64,000 bases of DNA from Daphnia carinata. Taxonomy: Eukaryota. The stretch lies in NCBI RefSeq assembly GCF_022539665.2, contig NC_081331.1, forward strand, positions 6,758,001 to 6,822,000, given 5' to 3'. Position 1 is the first letter of the stretch. Each line of letters begins with the position of its first letter. The notes beneath the pieces are model-generated. The model was not told the DNA's origin and ran no database searches. It worked only from the letters and a program-made list of their open reading frames with translations. The position numbers were made by a program, and so were the translations under genes. Positions 11,286 through 22,202 of the stretch are shown in pieces.

Positions 11286-14237
11286 TGTGAAGATTCTTGG
11301 GTAAGCAGGATAGAACAGTAGCGCGATCAAGAATGTTTAAATCTGTAATTAAAGATCAGCTAAGAAGAACAATTCTTTTCGACTAAAGAACTAAAATAAA
11401 CTGCTTACCTTTTCTTTCTCAGATCTCGAAAGCCACAAATCGAAGTTCACAGTGTTCCCCTTAATAAAGGTTGATAAAATCACGTGACAAAACGAATTGA
11501 ACCAATCAAATGTAGTCGCTACGTGGCAATATTTGTTTTTTTTTGCAGGTGAGTTCATCAACCAGGTAATATTGTTTTACAATGTGACGCACGCAGAAAG
11601 GTCAAGTAAGTGGTAGGTAATGGCTAGATGTTTTTGCAAAATGTTTCAATTGTTCAATTTTTATCACCTGAAACCAATACCTATTGATTTCATTTTATTG
11701 GGGAAATATCAAGCTTTGTGATGACGATGCTGAATGAGTTTACACGCTAAACGCACGAATAGGTGAATAAAATTCATATACGGTCGTAGAGTTCAGATGA
11801 ATTCCTTGTTTCCATTGCGCTTTGATCACGTAGGTGTCAGGTAACCTCAGGTTTACGTGAGAAAAAACTGAAAAAGCGAACGTGTTTTTGGGTGAAATTT
11901 GCTCTTACAGGATTGTAATCCAGCCATGGAGACGTTAAACGTCTTGACCTTTGTTTCATGAAAACACGGTAGTTTGTTCTGTGTTTGTTTCAAATTTGAG
12001 ATTACCAACGATTACTGTGTATAACATTTAAACTGAATTGAGGTTTTTTTCCATAAATAAAAATTTGTAATTCTGATGATCATGAAACAAAATCTCATTT
12101 TGCATATGGACCCTAAAGTATGACTTTTGTGGCAACGAAAAATATTTTCGATGCAAGTATTAAGCTGTTTATTCAGCCTCTTTTCCTAGCGAGCTTAGTA
12201 ATACTTTCAGATGCAGTAAGACTAGGGTTTGTGATCGCTGAAGCGCAATGCATTGGTAGGCGGACGAATGATCTAGAGATAACCTAATTGTGATATATAA
12301 GAAAACCTATTAATAAAGAATTGCTATTAATAAATTTGATTGAGCAACCATCTTTGGCCATAAACCTGAACTACCTGGAGACGTTTTATGCAGATTTTAG
12401 CGAAATACTTGGGGGAGTAGTTCATGTGACCTCTCTGCCTTCAGCATTAAATGTTCAAGCATCGAGGAAAATTTGTGTTCCACCTTTTCGTGTTGTTGAG
12501 CTTGATGTGCAGCAACAACACATGCATTTTTCGTTTAGGCCTGAATCCCGAAACGTTAATTTTACTGTTGGGAAGTTGGCTTCTCCTTGGGCTGCTGCGT
12601 CTTAGGCAAACTTACATGTCAAAGTTTCTGCAGCAGGAGGAATCGAAGGTTGCTGTTGTGGGACGTTTTGAAAAATTGACTCTTCGTACCGAGTTCCAGA
12701 CCACTAGGCCGAACTTAAAGGTTGCCAACTTTCTTTATTATAGGCTATACTCCCAGGACATTCAGGGCTTTTTTTTATAACTGGGACAAGGTAAGGACGT
12801 TTTCAAAATCATTGGATCGTAGCTAATTGTCCGTTGTTCAAGTCAACGAACTTGATCTATTTATGACTTCTTTACAGCTGCTGATGATGCTAAAGACTTG
12901 GGTACATTTTGATATACGATTTTCAACCTATTTTTAGGTTAAGGAAAAAGAAAGTGATACTTTTCTTTTTCTCCCGAAAGTGTTTGTAGGTAAGCGTTTA
13001 TTTTCCCTGGCCTGTTTCCCTAACGGGTTCAACCACCGTTTTATGATGGTTGGATATTTCGCATCCTTTCGTTTAACTATGTTATCGCAAGAGCCATCCC
13101 GTCAAACTCTCCCTAATACTTAGCTAGGGAGAAAGCGTGTTATTCGCCTTCAGATAAGGAGATTTGCAAATTGGCTTTCAACGCAAACGCCATGCTTGCA
13201 TCGCGTCATGCCCTTGTGATTTCTTTTGGTATTATCAATTTGTTTTATGAGGAAAAATTTTGTGTATCTATCGGCCTCCCCAGATAATAGACTATTTCAC
13301 GCCACAACAAATATACACAGTGTACCCAAAGCTAAATAGGAAGCACAAGTAAAAGTGCCCAATTATTGGACTGCAATTGGTATTCCTACATAATGTATTT
13401 TTCTTTATAACCACGGAACCCTTAAATGAGCCGACGTTAGTTAAAATAACTTTAAAAATTTGTAGAATTCGCTCCCAGGGTTCAGTAGAGTGAAGAACGT
13501 CCGTGATTTTCTTCCTGAGGAAGAACATCATAAGATTTTGTTTGTTTGTATTTGATGATGATTCTTGGCACAATAGGTTTAGTAGATTAAATGAAGCATT
13601 TACCCAACCGCCTTCTCTCCTCCCCCAAGAAATGTTGTGGGAAATACGTTAGAGGAAGTAATACTTGAATCAAATATACGGGTAAATATTATTAACTTAT
13701 TTTTACCTGTTTATCGGGTTTGCTAGTCAAAATAGTTTTTTGATACAGTTAGAAAAGAAAACTTAGCTGTTTTTCAACCAGAATGAGGATGACCTATAAA
13801 TTGAAAATATCATAACTCCAAAGTCAAAAGTTTTTTCCACCATAAATTAAAAGAAATACTTCCTCATTACTTTTATAATGCGTTCGTGACCGTTTTGGAA
13901 AGGATACAACAGGTGCAAAATGGATGGCGTCCATTTTCAGGTCTTCTTACGAGAAAGACAGAATGAATATAAGTATCGCTAATTTAATATAGAGAGTGGT
14001 GGTAGTTTGACTACCGCTAGACCGTTGCACTGACCCCCTAACCTCAATATAAGTTAATTTACGAGAGTTACCGTTCTAGTGTTCTAACAATCTAGATTAA
14101 ATAAGGTAAACAAATCTCCTTGTCACCTACAGGCATCTTTCGGGACTGAAGTGGACCGCCACATTGGGTTTCATAAGGCGCTAAAAGGAGCCTGACTCAT
14201 TCACTCGCACATCTTTTAACTTGCAGCAACTACGGAA

Positions 14238-14594
14238 ATGGACGTCCATCCTGTTCAAGTAATCCTTATATTTGTTAAAATGAAAATTTGAAATTTGAAT
14301 AGATTAATTGTAGAATCTTATCTTTTACAGTGTCTTAGTATCGTGACGTTCTTGTTTCTGGTGTTTTGCGCGCTTATAACGCCCGCAAGTAGTCAGCAAG
14401 AGTACGTTGACAAGTGGGAGCCTTTTGACATCCAAAACAATCCTCATGTAGACCGATACGAATCAAGCTACAACAAATTTGGAGTGCCTTCGGACTCTCT
14501 GGTCGGTACCATTCACCAATTTATCGCTCCCCGTCCAGCAGCCCGTGAAATAAAGCGCAATAAGCTGCCCAAAAAATTTCACAATTTCGCATAA
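14238..14594 (+). CDS. Small secreted orphan protein (94 aa)
   Basis: Exon 1 14238-14258 (MDVHPVQ, donor GTAAT) plus exon 2 14331-14594 (acceptor ttttacag): MDVHPVQCLSIVTFLFLVFCALITPASSQQEYVDKWEPFDIQNNPHVDRYESSYNKFG...IKRNKLPKKFHNFA. Hydrophobic signal peptide; AATAAA near 14779. Confidence 0.7.
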
Positions 14595-15577
14595 CCCATG
14601 AATTTCTATATGTAACCTGATTCAGATTTTACGTCGCTTTTCACTGCTTGTTACTTGTTTCTGGCCACATGGATCTTGTGTTGAGCAAATGAAGAAATTT
14701 GAACGTAATGTTTAGTTTTTGTACTGTTTACACTGTAAGAAAAAAGAAACCCTGAAAATGTTGTGCTGAAAATTATGAAATAAAAAGAGATGAACTAATG
14801 TTGTTGCTTTCTTTTTTTATGTTGTCAACTTACAAGTGAGAACGTAGTGTACTGAGTTTTCACGACTTTCTCTGCATCCATACCCTCGTCGGCGTCTCTG
14901 ATTAATGCAACCCGGCTTTCACATCGGGACGCCACCGCGTCTCATACCAGAAGAACTGTAGGGAATCCTGGCCCCATACTATGATGTAAAGGTAGGCACA
15001 ATGGTACAACCTACGAGACCGTGAAACCAAAGCCAAGATTCAATTTAACACGCTGAATGGTGCAGGGTGCACAGCGAGCTTTGTAACACATTCTACTACG
15101 CTCACCGATTATGTTTATTGTACTATAGATTATACTTACGTGACATTTATTTCATCTGGGCTGGTTGATGAAATAGAAGCGCAGGGAATAGAAACCGATT
15201 TTAGTCGAATGGTTTGTTATTCGATGTCAAGCAGTGCGTCCAAGACACTGTGATGGGACAGAAATTATCACTGAGACGTCTGCATTGCAGACCTTCTGTC
15301 AAGTTTTAATAAGACGTAAATGCTTAAAAATCCGAACTCATTTGATTTTGGCTAGGAACGAGAACTTTCCCAAAAGCCGTAAGCGAAGCAACAGCTGCCG
15401 GTAATAACATGTGCCCTCGAGACTTAGTGGGCAATCGATTTCGAATTGTTCCCTGAAAGCTGAAAAATGGCAGTGGAACGAGAAGATCTATCTAAATGCT
15501 CCCGTAAATACGAGACACATGAAAAGGAACGCTATTTAAACATCTAATACGACTTCTTGTGCAATTTCTTCTGAAAA

Positions 15578-15615
15578 GGAAAGTTAGGGTGTTAGACTGT
15601 CGACAGATAAAAAGG
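15578..15615 (+). promoter_or_regulatory. Putative core promoter of Gly/Tyr gene A (GGAAAGTT...CAGATAAAAAGG)
   Basis: TATA-like GATAAAAAGG about 90 nt upstream of the ATG; the same two-part motif is upstream of paralog B. Confidence 0.45.
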
Positions 15616-15704
15616 CACTCGCTTGCTGCTGCAGCTATCTTACTTTCGTCCAACATCGTGAGCCAGTCACAACTCAGTTATTCTTCTTCTTATATTACCA
15701 AAAA

Positions 15705-16375
15705 ATGAACAAGCTTGCTGTAGGTTAAATTCTTTTGCCATTTTTTTTATTTAATAAACAATGTAAAAAATATATATATATTTATCTATATATCACGTAT
15801 AGGCTACCAGCCTAGTTATTGGAATCATGATTGCACTCTGTTCCGCTTACCCATCGTCGTACGATAGCTATGGAAAAGGATACGGTAAGTGGATTGGCTT
15901 TAATTTGTCTAACATCAGTTCTTTTGCTAATATGCACAACATTGTTTGCTTTATAACATTTCCAACACATAGGGTTTGAGCCTGCATATGCACCACATTT
16001 TGGATCTGGATACAATACATATATTTACGGTTCATATGTAGGACATCCGGTAATTATTGCACATTTCCTTGGTAATTTTTGAACACAGTGATATTTGGTG
16101 GCCAAAGTTTGCTGAGATGCCTACATACAATTATATTAAAAATTACGTACATAATATTGGGAATTAAGCTCTTTGTTTTGTTTCACCAAAGATAACCTTT
16201 TTCTTTTGTGTAGTGCTGTGAACGGATCAGCGAGATTCATTTTCTGTGTCTTTTCTGTTTATAGGGACCTTATGATTCCTATGGCAAATCTTACAACGAT
16301 TACAAAGGAGGAAGCTATAACAAAGACTATCCCAAGACCCCATACGCTTACGCAGAGTCTTACGGAAGATATTGA
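15705..16375 (+). CDS. Small secreted Gly/Tyr-rich protein, paralog A (94 aa)
   Basis: Exons 15705-15719, 15803-15884, 15973-16049, 16265-16375 (285 nt, GT-AG): MNKLAATSLVIGIMIALCSAYPSSYDSYGKGYGFEPAYAPHFGSGYNTYIYGSYVGHPGPYDSYGKSYNDYKGGSYNKDYPKTPYAYAESYGRY. Signal peptide; aligns with paralogs B and C. Confidence 0.88.
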
Positions 16376-17238
16376 ATGTGCATCACCTAATTCCAAAACA
16401 GATAATATTCTATCTACAAATAACCTTCCGATTTGTTTATTTTTATATTTTTGCTATTTCCTATTGTGACTTCAGGTTGATTAATACATGTTTTATCGGA
16501 CCAGGTACAGAAATGTTTGTGATGTTACTGGGTTCTTTGAGATCTAAAAAATTTATTACTTGTTGCAAAAGAAAAAGAAAAAGAGGATAAAATCCAGAAG
16601 GAAGCTTTCTGGGGCAATATCCGAGCCTCTTGTATTTTATGAAAATTATTTTTTTAAAGTTCTGGATCATTCGTCCCAACTGCCAAATTTAAGGATAAGA
16701 ATGAAACTTTTGTCGCAAGTTATGCTATTTTCTGTTTACCATAGAAGTTTTTAGGCCTAGATTCCATTTATCCCCACTGAGGATGACCGAGTTAGCGATT
16801 ATTGGGACGAAACCGATGTGCTTAAGACAAACTTCATCTGGGTATTTAAGGCTGGCCAAACTCAAGACAAGTCAAACGTCTCTTCGGAAGAAAGATAGGA
16901 GTCTCATGATTAGGCATGAAAAGCATTGTCCGAGAGATGTAGGCCTATAGACGCCTGACATTTCGATTATCATTACTTTTATACTTGCTTTCATATTGCC
17001 AGTTTCTACAACTTATGTGTTTTCAAGGATTTGAGCGGCATTGAACAAAAATCAAAATAGTATTTAATCACATTCAGTTACAGTCTACTGTGAGCAGAAG
17101 GTAAATCACGCATAGCTATGTACAGTACTGTAATTTCATAAATGAAAAATAGCGCTGTCGACGCAAGCCGTGATCGAAGTTCTGGACGGTTCTCTAGGTG
17201 GCGTTTACCAATCTTTTAGGTAAACAACTTCGAAAAAA

Positions 17239-17907
17239 ATGAACACGGAATCGCTGTTGAATCATAGTCCTGCAAAAAAGGACTACCGACAATTGCACAA
17301 GATGCTAAAAAGAAGATGTGAGGAAATTTCTAAGGTTAGCTTATCTTTTCTTTATTTGTTTGCTGTCTAGCAACCTACTTTTATGTTTTCACTTTTGATT
17401 TGCAATCGATGCACTATGGTACCAAACGTAGGACAACGATGCCCTATCATCTCGGCTTATTAATTTGAAGCTTCTCATTTATAAATCTGAAAATCAATGC
17501 AGGTACAGTTCACATGTTTAATGCCTTGATGAATTTTAATCATTATGAATAATTTCCAGAAAACTGCAAGATCGGCTTGAGTATCATGGAGTTGATTACA
17601 ATGCAGCAGCGATCACTGCTGCCAATAATTATACTGAAACTCCTGACTTTTTAAGCGAAAAGGTAATAAATTTTAAGTTCACAATAGTTTTTTATTCTAA
17701 TATCCAAGTATTGATTCATAGGCAGAAAATAATGGAAAATCACGCCAGAAACATATCAGAAGGAAAAGAAATAAAACAGCAACCCAGAAAAACTCTTCGG
17801 CTCTTCCTGATTCTAATTTGTGCCCTATTAAGATATCTACTACAGAATTTGATGCAGATTTGTCAAATGGGTTTACCATTGAAAAAGATAACCTTAATTC
17901 ATTATGA
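17239..17907 (+). CDS. TFPT: TCF3 fusion partner / INO80 complex subunit F-like coiled-coil protein (151 aa)
   Basis: Exons 17239-17334, 17432-17502, 17560-17662, 17722-17907 (456 nt, GT-AG, open frame). LKRRCEEISKDNDALSSRL...RKLQDRLEYHGVDY resembles the TFPT/Amida coiled coil as I recall it (RRCREIEQVNERVLNRL...LDSYGDDY); basic NLS-like IRRKRNK; AATAAA at 17968. Confidence 0.7.
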
Positions 17908-18019
17908 TTTTGTTTTGTTGTATTTGCTATCCTAATGTAATGTGTAATGTATCAAGTTTTTTTCTTCAATAAAACACATCATGAGTTTCAGAGTAAAAAA
18001 AAAAATTTATGTCCACATA

Positions 18020-18386
18020 TTAAAAGTAAGTGATGGGATCCTCTTTGGTTTTGTTTTCTTCAATGGAATGGACAGAGACTTCACGCTGGAGGTTTCTATA
18101 AATCCGAGCATGGATGCATTGATCATTACCAACATGAATCTATGAGTAAAGACCTTTGATTAGTGGCTTACAGATTCTGGGAAATAAAAAATTATGTTCA
18201 GATTCTTGCCTTGACAAAATAATTTCGTCCTGCCACAACTTGTGTCTTGTAGGAGATTGGTTCAAAGACATTAAAGGATGCATTCATTTTACCGGTAATT
18301 TGGTCTTTAACTTCTTCAACCAATGCCTGGATTTCAGCATTAGCTGGCTCTTCTATATCTGAGATTCCTCCTGTCATCTTTGACAT
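18020..18386 (-). CDS. CSTB: Type-1 cystatin (stefin / cystatin-B-like), 98 aa
   Basis: Exons 18386-18210 and 18139-18020; N-terminal GG, QVVAG motif, NYFVK|IHVG, C-terminal DPITYF; no signal peptide. The intron needs a GC donor (AAG|GCAAGA). Probable 5'UTR exon with GTAAGT donor near 18484. Confidence 0.93.
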
Positions 18387-19588
18387 TTCCTTTAAAGCAA
18401 CAAAGAATGAAGTAATTTGCTTAATAAAACACTAATTTGTTAATAGATGACAAAGAAATTTTCCCTGAGAAATATGTAACTTACACAAGTTAGCTAAAAT
18501 TGCTGCTGAACAACTGTTGAAGCTGTTGGTAAGAAAATGAATTCGTACTAATGTCGGAGTTTGCTTGAAAAGCTGATGACGATTTACCAACTGTTCGTCG
18601 GTCAACGTTGTGGAAGCGATGACAGCGCAAGCCTATCAAATATATCAACAATGAGTCAACCCGCTTTTGTTATTGTTGACGTATGCAAAGCCACGCCTGC
18701 ATAACGAATCGGGAAATGAATAGTTATCTCATAAAAAAGTCTGGTATATTAAATGTATGGCCATTAAAGTGACAATTATAATTGGAAAAACGAAGAATGG
18801 ATTTTTAAAAAATTTCACATAGGCTTACATATAAAAATATGGCGGAACAAAGATCCATTAAAAAGCAGGGTTACTATTTTTTCTGTAAGATGGCGTAATA
18901 ACGCATAAGCAATGAAGTCCTTCGTTCTATTCAACGAACGAATAGAATGACAACAATCCAAGGAAATTTCTGTTTTAAAATTTCATTTACTTGTGTGCTT
19001 GGAGGCTGGAGTAGCATATAAAAACGGTGACCTATTGTGTATTTCAAGTGAGTATTAGGCATCATACTGAAATGTTTCAATATTTTCAATCTTTCGTTCG
19101 TGTTTGTGCTTAGCAAAACCACGATTGTTGTGTTTCGGTTACTCTTATTCACCTCCTCAATTCCTCTAAAAACAGATTTTAGTGTTGAGTAAGCTGGGCT
19201 ACCAGTGCTGGTATCACACATCCGTTTATCCTTGCGCTTTTTTATCGACATCGAATTGCTTACAGAAATTTCAACCTTTTTTTTGCTTAGCTGCTCATTT
19301 TGTTTTCAACGTAGAGTAGAAAACGTGTAGTAAAGGCATGGCGAAATTACCTAGTTAGAATAAGAACAAAAAGTTAAAAGCTACTTTCATTTATGGTGAG
19401 TTCCCAATCCATGCAGTAGTTCTAAAACTTTAAATAGCAAAAACCCGAATTTGCCAAAAACATTTTCAACAAACGTTTTATATAAAATATTGATTTTATT
19501 GAACAAGCTTTTTAACGATATGTCTCTTTCAACTGAAACAGTATGTTTTCGCACATTTACATGAAATTTGCCTTATTTTCAAGCAAAA

Positions 19589-20118
19589 CTAATATTTTCC
19601 GTACGGTCCACCATAACCATAGGGCGTTTGGAGGTAAGCTTTGTTTCCTCCGTGATAGCTGTTCTGGATTTTGCTGTAGTCATAGTCTCCCTTGATCATC
19701 GGAAAATCCATTGAAAATCATTAAAAAATGTGTAACAATCCAAATACCATTTGAACTTACTGCATGTCCTTCATAGTTTCCGTAGATATATTTGTCATAA
19801 CCGGAACCATATCGTGGAACCTGGTAATCGATAAACCCATATCCTTATGGATTACAAAATAGTTTAAAATTTGACCAAAAAATGCCATCAAAACTGAATA
19901 GAAATGTAAATCACCTCCATACTCTGCTCCAGAATAGTCTTTCCCATAACCATATACTGATGGACGAGCGCTGCTCATCACTGCCGTCAATGCAACGAAG
20001 AGGAAGCAAATGATCTAGTAATGTGGTGAAATGTGGTTAAATATTACGATAACTCGTTTTCAACTGTGTTGTTTAGTGTCCTATAGGCTTTAAATGTTCT
20101 TACAGTTATCCTGTCCAT
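19589..20118 (-). CDS. Small secreted Gly/Tyr-rich protein, paralog B (99 aa)
   Basis: Exons 20118-20104, 20014-19915, 19843-19761, 19690-19589 (300 nt): MDRITIICFLFVALTAVMSSARPSVYGYGKDYSGAEYGGYGFIDYQVPRYGSGYDKYIYGNYEGHAGDYDYSKIQNSYHGGNKAYLQTPYGYGGPYGKY. Same intron phases (0,1,0) as paralog A. Confidence 0.88.
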
Positions 20119-20210
20119 GCTAACGATATGTAGGGTGGAGTGAACGGAAAGAGAAGTGACTGGCTGGAACTGTCAAAAGAAACTAACCTACCATCTGCAA
20201 GTGGTCAGTT

Positions 20211-20244
20211 CCTTTTATCTGGCACTGAAAGGGCACAACTTTCC
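20211..20244 (-). promoter_or_regulatory. Putative core promoter of Gly/Tyr gene B (GGAAAGTT...CAGATAAAAGG)
   Basis: Minus-strand GGAAAGTT (20244-20237) and CAGATAAAAGG (20221-20211), about 90 nt upstream of the ATG, matching paralog A. Confidence 0.45.
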
Positions 20245-21693
20245 ATTATTGTAAACAGTCTGGGCGAACGCATGTGTAGTTGTGTACTGTGCCACAACTT
20301 GCAATCGTGTACATTATCGTAATGTTCTCAGATGTTTTCTCCCGACTATCACTTTAAGTTGAGTCGTTATTGTTCCGCCGCGGTTCTCGCACAAGCCATT
20401 TGAATCGATTTCTCTAGGGAGTACAAAGTAAATTAAGCGTTCAACTAATGTCTATTTGGAGGAAAAAGTTTAGTGCTGCTTTGGATTAAGTATTCTCACC
20501 TTTGTATTCTCATCTTTCTAAGAAATTAATAAGTTAGACTTTCACTTGAGAGCAGCAGGTTGTGACATGCATACGTTGCAATCATGAAGCAGTCGTTGCT
20601 TTAGCGCCATGTAGTACGGAGCACGTTCACTTTGCTACCATTTTAATAATTTACTGGAATCCTATAGCATTACCGAAAGTAATTTTTAAAAGAAGTACCG
20701 TCCTTGTCGTAAGGTTGTTGCTCTCCTTGCTTCTCGCTTTTATATTTGAAAATACGTCGTTAATAATATAGCATCTAGATTATTTTGGCGAGTATTTGAA
20801 AATAGAACGCAGCCGCCAAAACGTGCTTATAAGCAAGGGAGAGATCCTAGGCAGCCAAAAAGGGATGGCAGCATAAATTCTTAACTGTCGACTCTTTGTC
20901 GAAGCCAGTGGCAACAACTTTCCATGGAAGCTATCAAAGTTGTATGTAAGTTCTACGTTTTGCTACAGTCATGACAGCTCTCTCTTTTCTGTCCTACTTG
21001 TCTCCATCTTTTGCTTCGGGAAGATTCGTCCTCCTACTTACGTGAAGAGTCCGTGTTGAAGACGTACGCAGGGGCGATAAAAATGACAGTGTTCCAAGTT
21101 CCTACATGTGTCTTAACGGTGTTATTTTTGTTGTGTTAGCGTTATAGTTCGCTTTCCTTTTTTTTTCTTTTTCCTTGTAACGTTTTCCCATTGCTGGAAG
21201 ATTCGTTGGGCAAAACCGTTAAGATTGAAGTGGTTTCCATAATTGTAGCCACAGCCTGTTTATTGTATTGTTCGGAACTTCTTCGCACGCACGCTTACAA
21301 AAACGAATGTTTGATTTTCCATTCAAAATGAAAACTACAAATGGATCATTACGGATTGTGCTATTAAATGGGAAAGTGAAGTTAAATACTTTTAGCTTTT
21401 ATTTCTGTAAGTTAATAAACAGTAGTCGTATTTACACGAGCACTTTCAATGGTGTCCGTATACAGATTTTTTATTTCCATCGGATTAAAATGCGCGTCTT
21501 ATTCGTGTAACTGACAAAAACGTCGCATTAAAAATATAGACAGGTGTATTCTGTTACTGCTCAAGACCAAAGAGAACCTTAGAACTTCGCATTGACGCGT
21601 AAAGGCATATACAAACCCGGGTAGTGGTAGTGTTATCTGAAGATTTCTAAAATAAGCTTCAATGTATCTGATAGAATATTCCGGCATAAATCT

Positions 21694-22202
21694 CTAATAG
21701 CCTTTAGTTTCTTTGTAGAGTCCCTAAGATTTAGTGTAAACTCAAACTTTATTACTGAAAAAGATTACAAAATTCTTTACGATATTACCGGGTGGCCCTC
21801 GTATTCTCCGTAGATTGTCTTGTCATATCCAGTGCCTATAGTATTAGAAAGAAAAAAAAAAGATAGAAGCTATAGTTAATACTTGTTTCAACAGTTAGTC
21901 AAAGTTGTCATCACCGTAAACAGGAGCAGGTTGAGCGCTATATTCATAACCTGATACGAAGAATAGCAAAAAACAGTTATACGTTAATAATTCGTTCTTA
22001 TTTTAAACATTTTTTTTTACCTTTAGCGTCTCTTCCTTTCTGATCATGGTACCCATACGACGGTGGATTCGCGAAACTCAGTGCTATCATGGCAAGAAAA
22101 GTCATGAAAGCAATGATCTAAACGTAAAAAGCAATTGAAATTAAACTTAAATCAATTATATTTGCAATTTTTTTTAATGATACATACGGCGATTTTAAAC
22201 AT
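21694..22202 (-). CDS. Small secreted Gly/Tyr-rich protein, paralog C (74 aa)
   Basis: Exons 22202-22188, 22117-22021, 21950-21915, 21835-21789, 21723-21694 (225 nt): MFKIAIIAFMTFLAMIALSFANPPSYGYHDQKGRDAKGYEYSAQPAPVYGTGYDKTIYGEYEGHPGLYKETKGY. TATAAAAAGG on the minus strand near 22298-22289. Confidence 0.85.

Noticed and set aside
12065..12110. CTGATGA-tcat-GAAAC followed by hairpin caaaat/attttg (minimal hammerhead-like)
   Set aside because: Stem II is essentially absent, the required U before the cleavage site is C, and no stem I forms.
12321..12940. ORFs 12321-12605 and 12451-12780 as a protein-coding gene
   Set aside because: No recognisable domain, and I could not assemble a convincing spliced frame; kept only as possible non-coding exons.
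21895..21897. Apparent premature TAA suggesting paralog C is a pseudogene
   Set aside because: The stop falls inside a phase-1 intron (21914-21836); splicing restores the family core motif in frame.
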